A DNA stretch of 64,000 nucleotides from Sphagnum compactum (taxonomy: Eukaryota), in NCBI GenBank assembly GCA_965153455.1, contig OZ234493.1:12018213-12082212 (forward strand), written 5' to 3'. A program made the translations under genes and the position numbers. This document shows positions 37,876 through 51,733 of the stretch, piece after piece. Numbering within the stretch: the first letter of the stretch is position 1; each line of letters starts with the position of its first letter. The notes below the pieces were generated by a model that was not told where the DNA came from, did no database searches, and was given only the letters and a program-made list of their open reading frames with translations.

Positions 37876-40800
37876 TCAAGACTTCTCTTTGCCTTTCCTG
37901 CTGGGGGGCTTGTCATCTCTCATGTCCGGTAAGTTTATGCCCATGGCACCAAGCAGATTTGAGACAGGGCCCGGCAATCCTTGTTGGGACATATATGATT
38001 GCAAGAGGTTTGTCACCAGGTTTACATCAACATCAACTGGTGCAATGTCTTCAGAGTCACTGATTTCTCCAGTTTGCATAACAACCTGCATCCAACATAT
38101 CAGCCTTGTCAGATCCAAGTGTATGTGACAAAGGAACCTACAGCACAACATATGTCCTGCCCATGTTGCCCATGTCAATTAAAACATCATAGACAAGGTT
38201 GTCAATGAGTTTGAAACACTACCAAACAATCCCAAACTAAACTGAGTTCACCATGGGCAGAGGGAGTAAATACAGAAAGACAAAGTATAGAAGAGAGAAA
38301 AACCTCAGGTTGCTGCTCAATTGCATCTTCTGCAGTGATGAAACTCTTTGCTATACTTGTCTGATGGAGCTCATGTTCCAAAGCACTGGAATACGCACTG
38401 GAGAATCCATCATGACCATCCGCATAATTTGCCCCTGTTAGTTTTGATGTTGGTTCCTGCTCACTGATAGTGGCTTTTGATGCCACAACTTCACCAGACT
38501 GCATATCTTCATCCTCCTCTTCACTACCACTTTCACCTAGAAACAACAAGGCCAATAACAGACACATAGCAATTACTGGTAGATTTGTCTAGTCTTCTAA
38601 TGCCCAAACATATGATACCACCAGGTGCATCCTTAGAAAATTTCTTCGTTGAGTCAATATTTTAGCCTAGAAGTTGCAGCAAGAGAAGTCAGAAAATACT
38701 GTCTTTTGGAGCTTACCATAATCCATATCTGAGTCAGAGATGTCGAGGTCATAAGCTGAAGGATCAAGTGAAAACTCAGCAAACATGTCACTGGAACCCA
38801 GTGCACTCTCAAGCTCCTTTTTAAATCTTGACATGTTCACAGATACCTCATCATCTCCTACAGAACACATCATATTGCAATTCAAAGCTTTGTAAAGTCT
38901 GTCACCGAGGCTTCACACTAGAAGCCCTGTAACATCCCTGTATCGTCTCTTAATATAGGCCTCCAGATGAACAAACAGATTCAAAACTTCCAGAGATAAG
39001 GTGGGATCAAGGACCTTAGAGTTTTCAATTCAGAAGAGAAGAAGACCTGTGGAGACTGAAATATTTGAATATATCTATGAGATTGCAAAGAAAATCTCCA
39101 CAACAACACTTCGAAGGGAACACAACAATGAGTATGGTCACAACCTTATGAGAGTTGCTCACAAAGTGTCAGACCATCACCTTCATCACAAATAGCAGTG
39201 ACAAGCTGCCATGACTGCCCACTGGCTTCATCAGATCCAGATGGTGTATGTTGATAAGTATATACTAATCTGCCCAGAATTTTGGGCAAACTATCATAAA
39301 GGGTCTCCTTCACAAGTTCCTGTCACATCTCTGGAAGCAACAGGAAGACTCATTCATAATGCTGGCTACTGCAATAGTGAATTTCAGAGTTCAGCGACTG
39401 GCAGAACTATGATTCACAAGCACTAAGGTTAGCTCAAGGACTTTTAGAACCATCATCAAAGCTTTCTATGCACAAAAGGAGGATAAAATACATACCATCA
39501 GGCACCTCAGCACCCTCATAGCTTGAGGATTTTGTAACAAAGGCTTGCATGCTTTGTGCAAGTCCTGCCAAATCAAAAGAGGGCTCTTTCAGTCCACGCT
39601 TTGGACTGTCCTGATTGCTTGTCTCATGATCAGCAGCTGCATTTTTGTTGGATAGCTTGCGAGAAGCTCTTCTCATCTCATACGCTTCCATCTCCTTTTG
39701 TCTTTCAAGCAGTGCACTTGTCAGTTCTGTGTCCCCATCATATAGCCATGAATCGTCATCACTCTCCTGGAGAATTGCTGGGAAATCAGAGGATGTACAG
39801 GGAATGGACATGATGTTGTTCATGCATTTTATTGGGGCATGCATGGCTGAGCTGCAGAAAGAAAAAACACAGCAAGGTTACAAACAAATCCCCAGTGAGT
39901 ATGAAACACATATGAAAGCTAAAGGCAAAACAGAAATCAGACTTTTGGACAAAGACAGCAGCATCTCTCTTCTATCTTCTTGCCAAAAGAAGCAGAGCTG
40001 GTCACAGTTATGAAGTGTAGCAGCAGCAGCAGCAGCAGCGATGGTACAGTAACATACCTTACTCGAGCAAACAACATGGACTCCTGGTATCGCTCAACTG
40101 CAGCTTGTAATAGCTGCCGGTGCTCCTTAGAGCCCTCCATGAGACCCTTGAAGTAACCCCTATTTTGCAAACTCGATCGGAACACTTGCCACCCAGGATC
40201 ACTTTCTGGGACTCCATCCACTTTCACAGGAGTTGTGAGAGAAGCATCATCTGGTGTGTTTTGGTTTTGCATCCCATCTTGAGGCTCATATCCAGCACGC
40301 TCCCAGTACATCATCTCAAAGCCACAGGTGAGCTTCATTCCAAGCTCCGCTGCCTTGAACTGAGGAGAAGAGAGTGGTGGCATTGGGTAGTGTCTTGGTG
40401 CTTGAAACACTTGCTGCACGAGCTGCGCATACATCGCTCTTGAGAAAGATACCATCACCTCCACCATGTCAACAATGCCACAATCATCATCATCACCTCT
40501 ATTGCCATCACCACCTCCCTTGAAGGAGAGAAACTTTTTCATTCTAGCTACTGCTTTCACAGAGTCGATGTCTCGTCGATAGAAAGCTTCAACAGCAATA
40601 GCGATGAGCTGCGGCTCATGCTTCAAAATCTGAGCCACCTGCAATGGAACTATACACCGAGCTTTGTGGATTCCACTGTGAGCTCTCTCAGGATACTCTC
40701 TGATGCGGTGTGTGATGGCTTGCTGCACTCCATCTGAAGCTTTGGTGACAGCATCTCCTCTGGCAAGAACCTCTAGAGCCTTTTGTAAGGAGGAGGAGGA

Positions 40801-41385
40801 GGAATTCACAGGCATGCTGGAAGGGGGAAGAAAGTGAAGACATCCTTGTCTAATGAATACACGATTGCTACTTGTTTCTGGTTTGAGCCACCGAGGAAGA
40901 GAATATGCAGCCTCTATGAGAAGGAACTGGCCATCACCGTCCCTCACAGTGATAGAGATGTTAGGAAGGTTTCGTGAAAGTTCATAGAGAAGGAAGACAA
41001 GAAACCACTCATCATCTATGTTGTCACCATACTTGATCATGCCATGCAGATGCGGGAGAGACGAAGAAGACGAAGACAAAGAAGAAGTTGGGGTTGAGAC
41101 CACATCCAAGTTGAACGGCTGGTGCTGCCAGATGTAGTCCTTGATCAAGGGGCCCACGATGTCGAAACAAGCGGCCTTCAGTTCCTCAAGGAGGAAGAGG
41201 AGACGCTCTTCGTCCTTCACACCAAAACCATAAACCCTAGACTCCTCCTTGACCTTCGACTTCCGAGGAGGTTTGCACAAATCCGGGTCCAACAACGCTG
41301 TACCTGGCCGGGAGGAAGCAGTAGCGACGACGCAAGCATCCGGGAAGATTTCGTACTCGACTGCGTCAGTGCCCTCATCCGCCAT
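37876..41385 (-). CDS. ECD: Ecdysoneless / hSGT1-family protein, ~755 aa, 5 exons
   Basis: Exons 41385-40058, 39851-39496, 38857-38717, 38536-38304 and 38085-37876 have matching phases. Family motifs: YIWQHQPFNL, YGDNIDDEWFLVFLL, DGDGQFLLIEAA, WLKPETSSNRVFIRQG, FSRAMYAQL, ELGMKLTCGFEM, GYFKGLMEGSK, DDDSWL, VDVNLVTNLLQSYMSQQGLPGPVSNLL. Confidence 0.93.
39137..39285 (+). repeat. Short interspersed repeat in ECD intron 2 (copy B)
   Basis: Homologous to 1727-1870. Confidence 0.8.
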
Positions 41386-41602
41386 TCCTCTGCTCCTAGC
41401 TGCTGTCTCTGTCTCTGTCTCTTTTCCGCAATCTGCTTTCTGCTTCGAAACTACTGTTTCCTTCTCTTCACACCTCCGGCTCTTGCAACGGTCTCTGCGG
41501 AGAACATTAGAGTGTTTGGTGGTGATCAAGAGCTGCAAAAGCACTCGCTGCCTGAACGCAACCACAGTAGGGAGCAAGTTCAAAGAGAAACCTCGAAGCT
41601 CG

Positions 41603-41745
41603 AAACCCTAACCCTAGATTGCAGAAACCAAGTGAGGTAAGCTTCTTCTGCATGTAAGCTAGCTTCTGCACATCCTGTGTTTTTTCATATCTTGTTGGTT
41701 AGTGTGCAAGTCGGTTGGTTTAGGGTTGAGGGTTTAGGGTTGAGG
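41603..41745. promoter_or_regulatory. Telo-box cluster upstream of ECD
   Basis: AAACCCTAA at 41603-41611 and tttagggttgagggtttagggttgagg at ~41719-41745, 220-360 bp upstream of the ECD ATG. Confidence 0.5.
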
Positions 41746-43315
41746 CAATTGTTCTGAAGGGAGAGATTCTTGATTGATTGATTGTCTTGCAGATTTGTCT
41801 TTTGAAGATCTCAGTATCCGTCTCTGCATGGGTTGAGCAGCTATATCATCAACATGATGGTGAAGTACCCACCTTGGTTGGGCTCCTCCAGTCATGCTGC
41901 ATGCATGCCTTTTGGAGGCTTTCCTTCAATGCATTTTCATGCACGCAAGCAGGCCTCCGAAAAACAAAACTTTGTCTCTGCCTTCATCTTCCATTGCAAC
42001 TGGCCTAGCAACGCTCTGCTCAAAACCCAGCTGAAAAGCTCACAATTTGCCAAATTTTTCTTATGGTAGAAGCTTGAATCAGTGTACACTGGTACTGTGT
42101 TGAAGAACAAAGAAGCAATTTGGGTACTTAATTTCCAATTAGAGTTGCTTTCTTCTTTTGTTCTAGATACTCGGTTTTTTGGGTTTGTTGTCAATGCAAC
42201 ATAGAATTGAACATGCAGAGTTGATTTTATTCTTTCATCTAGAAACTTGGTTTCTCATGTGCTTGCTTGTTATGCAGCATAAATTTGAGCATGTACAGTT
42301 GTTTTTATTCTTTCATCTAGATATTCAGTTTTTTGGAATTGTTGTATGCAACATACATAAAGCACTGTTGCATTTTTTCCTTTGCATATTGTGATCCCTC
42401 AGTGGACTGAAGAAATCTTGGTCACTGACATCGCAATGATATCACAGGAACAGTGACTTACATAATCCGAAAAGTACTCTCCAACTTGTCAGAGTAACTT
42501 CCACCAAGTGGACATTACCCATTAGCTTGTCCTTCCTCATTGTCCCTATCATTGCAAGGTTGTCCCTTTGCAATGTCATTATTATGACGGCGCAGAAGAG
42601 ACGATCTATTAGCAAACCCTTCCACGTTTGAAATCCCTCCGAGGCCAGTATACATAAAATTGAGTCATGTTTTATTGGCTCTAGTGTTTCAGGGTAGACA
42701 CATTGTGATGCACCCAGAAGCAGGCCAAAAGTTTGGTATCCCTACATTCAAGGGTCATGTGCAGTCCATCCATCATCCACAATAGAAATGTTTCAGGCAT
42801 CGGTGAAGGATCCACTTGGGGCTTCACTGTGCTAACCACCATGTGTTTCCAATTTAGTGTGTTGAATAGTTATCGTCCTTAATGGATGTCATTTAAAGGG
42901 CAGAGCCATTATGCAACAAGCAAAAAGGTTTCATGTACATACTCTTTGTCATGAAGAAAACATATGTGGTACATATATGATCCAGAAAGAGGTAGGAATG
43001 TAGCTCTGAAATTGCAACAACTTACAGTAATTACAGTCAAATGTTGTTCTCTGAATGTCTTAATGAAGTCTTCAACATAGCACAGAAGGAACAAACACAG
43101 CAGCAGCAGGAAGAGGAGGAGGAGAGGAGGAGGAGGAGGAGGAGAAGCAGGAAGAGGTGTGCACTCTTCTACCTTTTCCCTACTTTTAAAACCAAAGTCG
43201 AGTTTGAGTTGTTCCACATTAATGACATGCTTGGAAATGACTGCGCCAGATTTTTGCTTTCAAATTTTCTTTTGCATTGAATCCTAGAGAAACTCTAGAG
43301 AGAAGTGGCACTCAC

Positions 43316-45572
43316 TTATGAGCAGGATTGAAGAGACAAATCAAGTTTGGAGGTGACATTTTCAGTGGCAGATTTGCAGCTGCTCTTGAGGGTCAAGAGT
43401 GCAGCTTCTCGCAGAGCTTCAGCCATTTCCTCCTCAGTCAGATCTTGTTCGTCATCCTCACTGTCAGTATCTTCTGTCCAACTCCCACCTGATTCATGAC
43501 ACAAGCACAAACAGTACATAAGATCTTCTTCCCACTTGCAGGCAGAGCATGATCATCTTCTTTTAAACAAGAAGCTTATCTGATGTTTTGATGCAAGTGT
43601 TTTGTGCAGATAAGCATGAAAAATCTTCCAAATCAATACATGAAATCTTCTTCTTCTCACTTCCAGGCAGAGACCATCATCATCTTCTTTAAACACAAAG
43701 TAATCTGAAATTTGTTGCAAGTGTTTTGTGCAGAAAAGGATTCCAAATGATCCACATAAAATCTTCTTCTGCATCCAGGCAAGAAAGAGAGCAGAATATA
43801 TCTGATGTTTTGTTGCAAGTGAAATGGTGGCAGAAGAAGCAGAAGGAAAACAAGAGGTTCAAAATAGTGTACAATATTTACATACCTGTAGAGCAGACAA
43901 CATCAGCATAGTCGACCTCTCCACTGAAAGGCAGCTCCACCTTTGTTCCTCTTGCAGGCTCCTGGTGTCTGATGATGAAATCTCCATCCAAGCTTCGCTT
44001 CAACAGTCCATCAACAGCCTCCACAAGCACCCCATGCTCCAGAGGCTTGCAGCTGCTGCTGCCATTCTCATGCACTAGCTGCAGTAGCAGCTTCTTAGGA
44101 ACCACTGCTAGCACAGCTGAACTTGTCACATTGGCACCCACTTCCTTCCCATCTCTGAACACCTCGAAGGCACTGTCATCCCCATCTACCGCACAGCTGG
44201 TTCTCAGAACTGCACTTTGCATGCCTCTGTAAGTCAGCACAAGGTCTTGATTTTTGTGATCTTTCATTATCTGCTTCAGTTCTGCTTTTTGCAACGCAAA
44301 GAGCTCAAACCTGGGGGACCCAAACAAAAGAGAACAAAGGTCACTTTACACTGGTCAGAAAGAGTGTGCCTCCCTCGCAGGTTCTGCAAAACCTAACAGG
44401 CAGATTGTCATTCTCATCAACAACAGTGTGGTTGGCAAGTGTCTAGGATAGGGTGATCTGTGGGATACGTACGGATCGAGAATGGCGACATCTCCAGAGA
44501 AGTGGAATTGTTTGGAAGCTATGAGCGGGGTTGCTTGTAGCCTTTCATCCGTTGATGCTGTCGTCGTCGAGAAATTTGTGGACGGTTTCAGGCAACTAGT
44601 ACCACTGTCAGCAGCGGCAGCAGCCTTCCTCATCAGAAGAAGCTCCTTCTCTTCCCCTCTAAATTTCCAGACCTCGTCCCTCCCGCACATCTCTCTATAG
44701 TGCTTGCTCACCTGCCAGAAGCATGCACCCAGTGGGAATCCATTAAGCAACAAAAACACCACGACTAGTTAGCCCTCCTCCTTGTTCCAGAGTCCTCTTC
44801 CGAACAAGAGCAGTTTGTGAAGTCCAGTGTGGATTTCATCGTGTTTCCATCACGGAACTCTCCTCTGCAACAGACTTACAAACTTTTCGTCATTGGGGGG
44901 GGGGGGTGGAAACCGATCCAACTCCGCATAGTCGATGATCTTTCCTCAATGTGGAGTTCGATCCTGGTGTGCATTGCAACAGGAACGTAGCTCGCGGTTG
45001 AATTGGCGACGTTGCTATACCAGGAGATTTCAGGAACGTCGACATTCGTACTCTTTTAGAGATTAAGATTGCTCTCTCAGAGCCAGGCACAGTGAAGCCA
45101 TTCAAGACGACTTCGACGACTACGACACAACTACCTAATGTAGAAGTGAGCTCCAGAAGCAAATACGGACCTGGGAGAGTCTGCAGAGGTCAGCCAGAGA
45201 GAGTGAGCGAGTGATGCGCTCTAGGAGACAAAGCTCCAGAGCCTCCCAGCCTTTATTCATCTTCCATTCTTCATGATTGCCTTCAGCTGCTGCTGCTGCT
45301 ACCGAAGACTGCTGTGGGGATGTAACTGGCCGGCGCTGCAGAGTGATGGCCTGCACTCCATGATCCGCGGCGGCAGCAGATTTTTCATACACAGAAACTA
45401 CTGAGGGAGACTCCAGCTCCCTATCTGCTGCTACACACAGCCTCTTGCTGCTGTTGGGAACTTCATCTGCTGCAAACAATAGATCGTTTGGATCTCTGTT
45501 CCTGAGACAAGCTCTGGAAACAACAACTTGGCCACACGATGCCGCTGCCATACCGGTCACCACAATTGCCAT
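43316..45572 (-). CDS. F-box-like protein, ~412 aa, 4 exons
   Basis: Exons 45572-45171, 44711-44473, 44310-43886 and 43488-43316 are GT-AG and phase-consistent. An F-box-like motif spans the exon 1/2 join: WEALELCLLERITRSLSLADLCRLSQ|VSKHYREMCGRDEVWK. Acidic C-terminus. Confidence 0.8.
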
Positions 45573-48500
45573 GCACAGAGCACTAATCCGGAAACGTTTT
45601 TGTGGTTCTTTTATCGCAACAAGAATCTGATCAAGCTAAACAGAATCAGATCGAGAAGCTGTAGTCGTATCGAATTCCAGAGCAAGGGAAAGGGAAGAGA
45701 AAAGCGGAGAACTCGCAACACTAGGGACAGAAACAAACAACAATAATACTATTGTTTGCTGATCGACAAGCGCTTGAGCACGCACGCAAATGAAAGAAAA
45801 AAACTAGAAAAACCTTGAAACAAAACCTCTCGTAAGCATGATATGTACGCGTGAAGATGAACCAGCTCAAAAGAATGCACTAGATTTTTCTGAGACGAAA
45901 AAAGCTGCTGAAGCTGCAAAACGCCAGACTACAAGAGACGACAACCAACGCGCGCAATATTATTCACGAGTAGAAGAATAATACCAATACAGAAAAACCG
46001 GAGAGGCAAAAAAACAAAACGGACTATTGAAAGAAGAAGAAAAAGAACCAGAAGAAAAAGAAAATCTAGAGCTCCAGATAATAATGCTCTCCGTCTTACT
46101 CTTCTTATGTCTGTCTGTCTGCAAGAAGGCAAAAAAGAAACTAGCTAGAAGCTGCTGAGTGCAACAATCAAATCAGTCACGGAGAAAAGGCGCTGAGCAG
46201 CAGATTGTAAGACGAGTTCAAAAAATAAAGAAAGACACTATCAGATGCTTATTAGTACCCAAAAAAAACACGACAACAACAATAAAATACGAAGAACTCA
46301 GAGCTCTCAAGGGGACGGAGGAGCACCGGCACAGCAACAAGAGAGAGAGAGAGAGAGAAGGAGAACTGAGGAGAACTGCCTGCGACAAAACCCCCTTGCA
46401 AAATCACACACACACCCCCACAAGACAGAGACCCAGAACGAAGAAAGAAGACAGAAGCGCACAGTTTCCATTCATCCAGTCGATGAAGAAAAGAAATCGG
46501 TAACTAGTATACCAGCTCCTATTTATTACCTACCAAATATTTTTTGATATTTTGTGATGTAGCCAAAGTGGTGGTGATCATCCATAAGAAGATTTAGCCA
46601 AATTTGGTTATAGGCTAAAATATTTTAAAATGAAAAATGAAAAAAAAAAATCCTTCAATATAGTTTGGTTACTTGAACCATGTGCAGAAATTTGGAATTT
46701 TTTTTTTCCCCTTAAAAAATTGGTCGAGTTCTGGCCATACATAATAAACCAGCCAAAGAAAGAAGAGAGGCCACTAGTACTACATACATACTAATAAAAC
46801 CAAACAACATCATCCATCCTCATCCATCCTATGGCTCCCTCCCCAAAGGAGGATAATAATAATAATACAAAAAAAACAAAAAAAACAAAAAAACAGTTTC
46901 TCCACAAATCCGGGTGGGTCCTGGAAGTGTAGTGTGGCTGGAGCAAACAAATAAAATTAGTTACTTACTACTAACTAAGCTCTCTAAAAGTTTTGCTAAA
47001 GAAACATCTAATTATGAGAACATATAATAACACACACAGTGTTCTCATAATTAAAAAAGTTATTAAAAATTAGATTAAAGTAAATTAAAAAAAACTAATA
47101 AGGAAAAAAAAAAAACCCTTCCATGCATATATAAACATGTATGTATATAAATAAATAAATAAATAATAAATGAACGAATGTAAAATCCGATGGAAGAATT
47201 TCCTTACCAGTTATCAACCAATAGCAAAGTAGAAAAATTTTAATATTTAAGAATCCTTTATATATATATATATAGTAATACAAAGGGCAGCTTTTAACAC
47301 ATTTTTGTCAAATAATTAATTAAATTTCAAGATTCCATGTCAAAAAAAGAGAATATTTTCATAGATTCTTTTAATTTTCCTTCACAAGTATTTTATTCTT
47401 TCAATTTTATTTTAGTTGAAATTTTCAACATTTCTACAAAATCAATTTTAATTAGTGTGGTTGGGTAGGGTTGTCTGGTTAGTAGGGTTTTTGACCTGGG
47501 GTTCAGTCAGGTTGGTTTGAACTTTGAAATTGCCATAAAAGAATTGTTGTTGGATTTGCCATAAAAAAAAAGGCAAAGCTAGTAGTACCTATAGCCACTT
47601 GTCTTGTATATTGACATTAAAGAAGTTAAGAGTGGATGGGTTTTATTATTATTCCCTCAACAAACTAGTGGAAATTCTTTTAAATAAAAGGAATTTTTTA
47701 AACTTTGTAGCTTAAGTGACAATCATCCATACAAAGATGTGGGGAAAAAAATGGCAATTGTCACTAGGAAGATTTAGCCAAATCTGGCTATAAACTAGAA
47801 CTGAAGTACAAACTTGAATAATCAACCTTTTATATTTATGGCCACACACACACTGAAAACTAAACATAGAAAAAAAAAAATGGCAACAAGTTTTAGTAAA
47901 TTTTCCTCACTTTATGACCATAAATAAAAAACCCTTCAAAATCTTTTCATTTTTTAATTTTAATTTTAATTTTTTTGGAGAAAATTTTGCCAAGTAAAAA
48001 ACAAAAGGACCCCACCCTCTCTACACACAGCACCTAGGGGAGGGCATTGATACCTTGACCTTTGTTTTATTAGTGAGACCACTTAGTGGGCCATTTTAAG
48101 CCCCCAAAAAAACAATTGGTTAAATTTTGACCTTAGAGACCCTGGATATAAAAAGTCCAAGCATGGGATATATATTTGTAATAATTTAGAAATAATTTAA
48201 ATGGGTTTTGGCATTTTTACCATGGTACTCCCCCTCCCCCATAATAATAATACTAATACTAATACTGATATTATTATTATTACTATTATTATTATTTAGC
48301 CATTATTATTACCTACTAGACTGGAAGAAATGGGTCCCTTATTTGGCATAAAAAAACAAACCAGAGCTTAACTGCAGTTTAGTTAGTACGGGAGTAGGCT
48401 ATTATGAGTTTGGAGCCTGAATCTGCTTTCAGTTGCCAACTGATGATGATGACATGGGAAATGCATGAGCCGGGTGAGAGGAGGGGGGGCGGGGGGAGGG

Positions 48501-51500
48501 GGTGGGGAAGAAGCCAACTCTTGCCCCAAAATAGCATCACTTCCGAATGCAAATTGTTGTACGTACCAGTGCTCGGGCTTTACCACTTTACACAACTGGC
48601 TTGAAGACGGGAGGGGCAATTCATTCATTTCTTTTATCGTCTTTACGACAAATGGATGGCTACATCAACCCTAAAATAGACAATGTGAAAATTTCTTCTT
48701 CGGTTGCCACAAGCAATCTACAAAACGTCCGTACCCTCTTTCTATTATTATTATTACTCTTTTACTTATTCCGGACTACAAGGGAACCAGCCGCACCCAC
48801 CAAGGCATCATGTAAGATGGTCGATCTGATGGACACTGTGTGTGGGTGGAAAAGGACAAGAAACACTCACAAGGACAAGAAACACTTTTCGGTTTGTTTT
48901 TCCCATCCCAAAGCAAAGCTAACCACCGTGGTTAGCTTAGCTAGCTACGCACATCAAGCATTTCAAGCTCTTTGTTATTGAACACACCTCGGGTTGCTTG
49001 GAATATTCCCTTGGTCAGTTGAAGGAGCCTTATTATGCTCATGACATGCAAACCTTCCATCAATTTTGAATTTTAAGATCTTTTTGTGCTTTCTACTTGG
49101 AAGGGTAGGGTGAGCTCCCCCACGAGAGCCTCTAACCCTAATTTTCAAACCTACACCTTTGGGTTATCATCTTCACGGTTACAACTCTCGAATTAAGCTT
49201 GGGGAACAAGCCTTCCCTTACACTAACCCTCTATTTACCTGGTAGTCACCAAGTGCTTTCCTTATTTACCCACTTATATAATTACTCTTTATGATCTTTA
49301 CCTTACTTACCTTGATGCTTTTGGTCATTTATAAGGTATCACACCTAATGTTGGGGTTTATTTTAAACAAAAACCTTACACCACTAACCTAACATGTGTT
49401 ATTGGTGCAAGCATTAACATCAACAAGAGTAAAATTGTCGACCATAACACTAATAGATGTTTTCCCTATCAAGGAATTGGTGACATTTGATGGGCGCATA
49501 CCATCATTAAATTTTGCTTTGGCATCCATACCTATTTTCTTCAGTTGTTTGCCTTTTTTTATTATATTTTTCCTATTAATTTTTTGAACTTTCATCTACC
49601 TTACAATGCATGTGTAAATTTATACTTTTGTTTCCCTTATTATTTGGGGAAACTTTCAAGACTAGCCTAATTCCCGATGGTGATCATGGGATGGTTGAAA
49701 TCTACAAAAGATTGAGCAATGATTTGAGCAAAGTGTCCACTTCTTCCAAGTACTTGCATATGTGTGGTGGTACCTCGAAACTGGTGGTCAATGGGATAGA
49801 TAACAAATTTTGAAGGCTTAATGTAGCAACTCCGTGGCTGAGAACAACCATGGTTGAGTTGCACGAGGGATGGAGGAGTTCAACGCAACTTCCTTTTGGT
49901 GGTTCTTTGTAAAAATTTGGGATTTGAACTTTTAAACGACGAAAACTTGTAGTTTGTCAAAGATCAAAGTTGTTGCGCTCTTGCAACAATCGAGCTTGCC
50001 ATTGCTGGTGAGCTTTTGCAATGGCAAGATACTCTGTTTTTTTTTTAAAAATTAAAAATAATTTTTTTTTTCGGGGGGCTACTTTGTCTTTTGCTTTTTA
50101 GGGGTTTTGGGTGTAAGTCTTTGTTTTTGTTTTTTTTTAATGGCTCCTTTTTTGCATCCCCCATCAATTCGAGATACCCCTTGTCTTCATTGTTTCAGCT
50201 TTTGCACTTTAGGTAGCCTCTCGAGGCATGTCACGAATGTTCACCCCCAAGCTAGCTAGGCTATTTTATCTTTGTAGGTGTCCTCCCTTCATGTGTTTTT
50301 CCCTGGTTTTATTCCTATTGCTTTTTGGGGTTGACTTCGGGTTCAGTCTAATTCCATTTTGGGGTTGTTTGAATTTTGTTTTGTGTGCCCTTGTTTGTTT
50401 CATAAGATATGTTGAGCCATCCAGGACGAGGTGAGGTAGGCTTTTTGCTTACCCCTTGACTAAATTATTCGAAACCCAACGGATGAATTAACATGGTTCC
50501 TTTTCCTCCCAATACCCTGTTGGAATTTGCACTATATTTGAAGAGGTCATTCAGGTCATTGAGAGGTTTCTGCTCACCTCAAAAGGTTTATGATAGACGA
50601 CTGATCTTTTTTTCAAAAGGAGTCTTCATGTGCCTCATTTACGTTTCATTCTTACCATTCATGGGAAGATTTTTTCACCACTCGTCTTTGTCGGTGTCTA
50701 ATTTTAGGGAAAGCTAGTGTGTACAATTGCGTTATTAGAGCTTTCTAGCCCATGATGTCAGCTATTCCTTCAGAGGACACCATTGTTGCCTTGCACCAGC
50801 TGCACCCCCTTCCTTTTGACCTTGTCCCTCCACCTATTTTTGACTATTAATTTAAGCACATTTTTTTCCTGGATAGGACCTTATTTGCCCAAGCTTTAGC
50901 CACTACTCCCCATTTGTCTTCGAGTGGGCTTTCTGGGATGGTATACGAACATCTCTCAGGATGTTCCATACCAGAGGAACCATTCTCAGGGTTTTCAAAA
51001 TTATTCTAAATTGATGTTGCTGTTGCTCAGAGGGATATCCTTAGGTCGGTGGCCTTAGTGTTGGGGGCCAGCAGATTATTGCCAATGGTAAAAGACTTTG
51101 GTGGTTTTCGTCTTATTGCCATAAGTGAAGTGTTTTTTCGACTTATTAGTTGCTCCATTGTCCTACAACTTCGAGGGTCGTTTTAGGAGCACCTATCCCC
51201 CATCAGTTTGGAGTATCGACCCCTGGAGGCTATGAGGCCATCCGTTTTGGCATTCGAACCCTCTTCGACCTACACCTTGATTGGGTTGTGATGCAGGTTG
51301 ACGTTGATAATTCTTATAATAGTGTTTTTCAAGTTGCTATTTTTAGAGAATTGTTTGATGCCCATGGGGCTATGGCGAACATTATCCCCTTTACCAGGTT
51401 GTGTTATGGTATTCATTCTTCTCTTTACTTCCAGTATGGGCAACATGTGGAAGGGGTCACCATTATTGAATCATTTTCAGGCACGAGGCAAGGTGACCCC

Positions 51501-51733
51501 CTAGGAAGTCCTTTAATTACTGTGACCCATTGTTGAGTTTTCGTAAAGACCATCATCACATGGGCCCCTAGCCACGTTTTTCCATCCTTAGTGGATGATA
51601 TCCACATCGTGGGGCCTATGAGTGAGATTGCTCGCACCTTTGACCACCATTTGACCAAATTAGCTTTAGTGGGGCTTAAGGTCAAGGTGTCAAAGTGCAA
51701 ACTTTGGAGTCCATCAAGGTTATTTCTACGTAT

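Noticed and set aside
41386-41583. N-terminal 66-aa extension of ECD in ORF 39937..41583
   Set aside because: It starts at a non-ATG codon. The first ATG is at 41385 and family similarity begins right after it.
44345-44383. Extra 39-nt exon in the F-box gene
   Set aside because: It would need a 34-nt intron. The direct 44473-44310 splice is phase-compatible and has a good pyrimidine tract.
37876-45572. SGT1 + F-box + HECT as an SCF/ubiquitin gene cluster
   Set aside because: This is the Ecdysoneless/hSGT1 family, unrelated to the Skp1-binding co-chaperone SGT1. The adjacency is probably coincidental, and the HECT gene is ~30 kb away.
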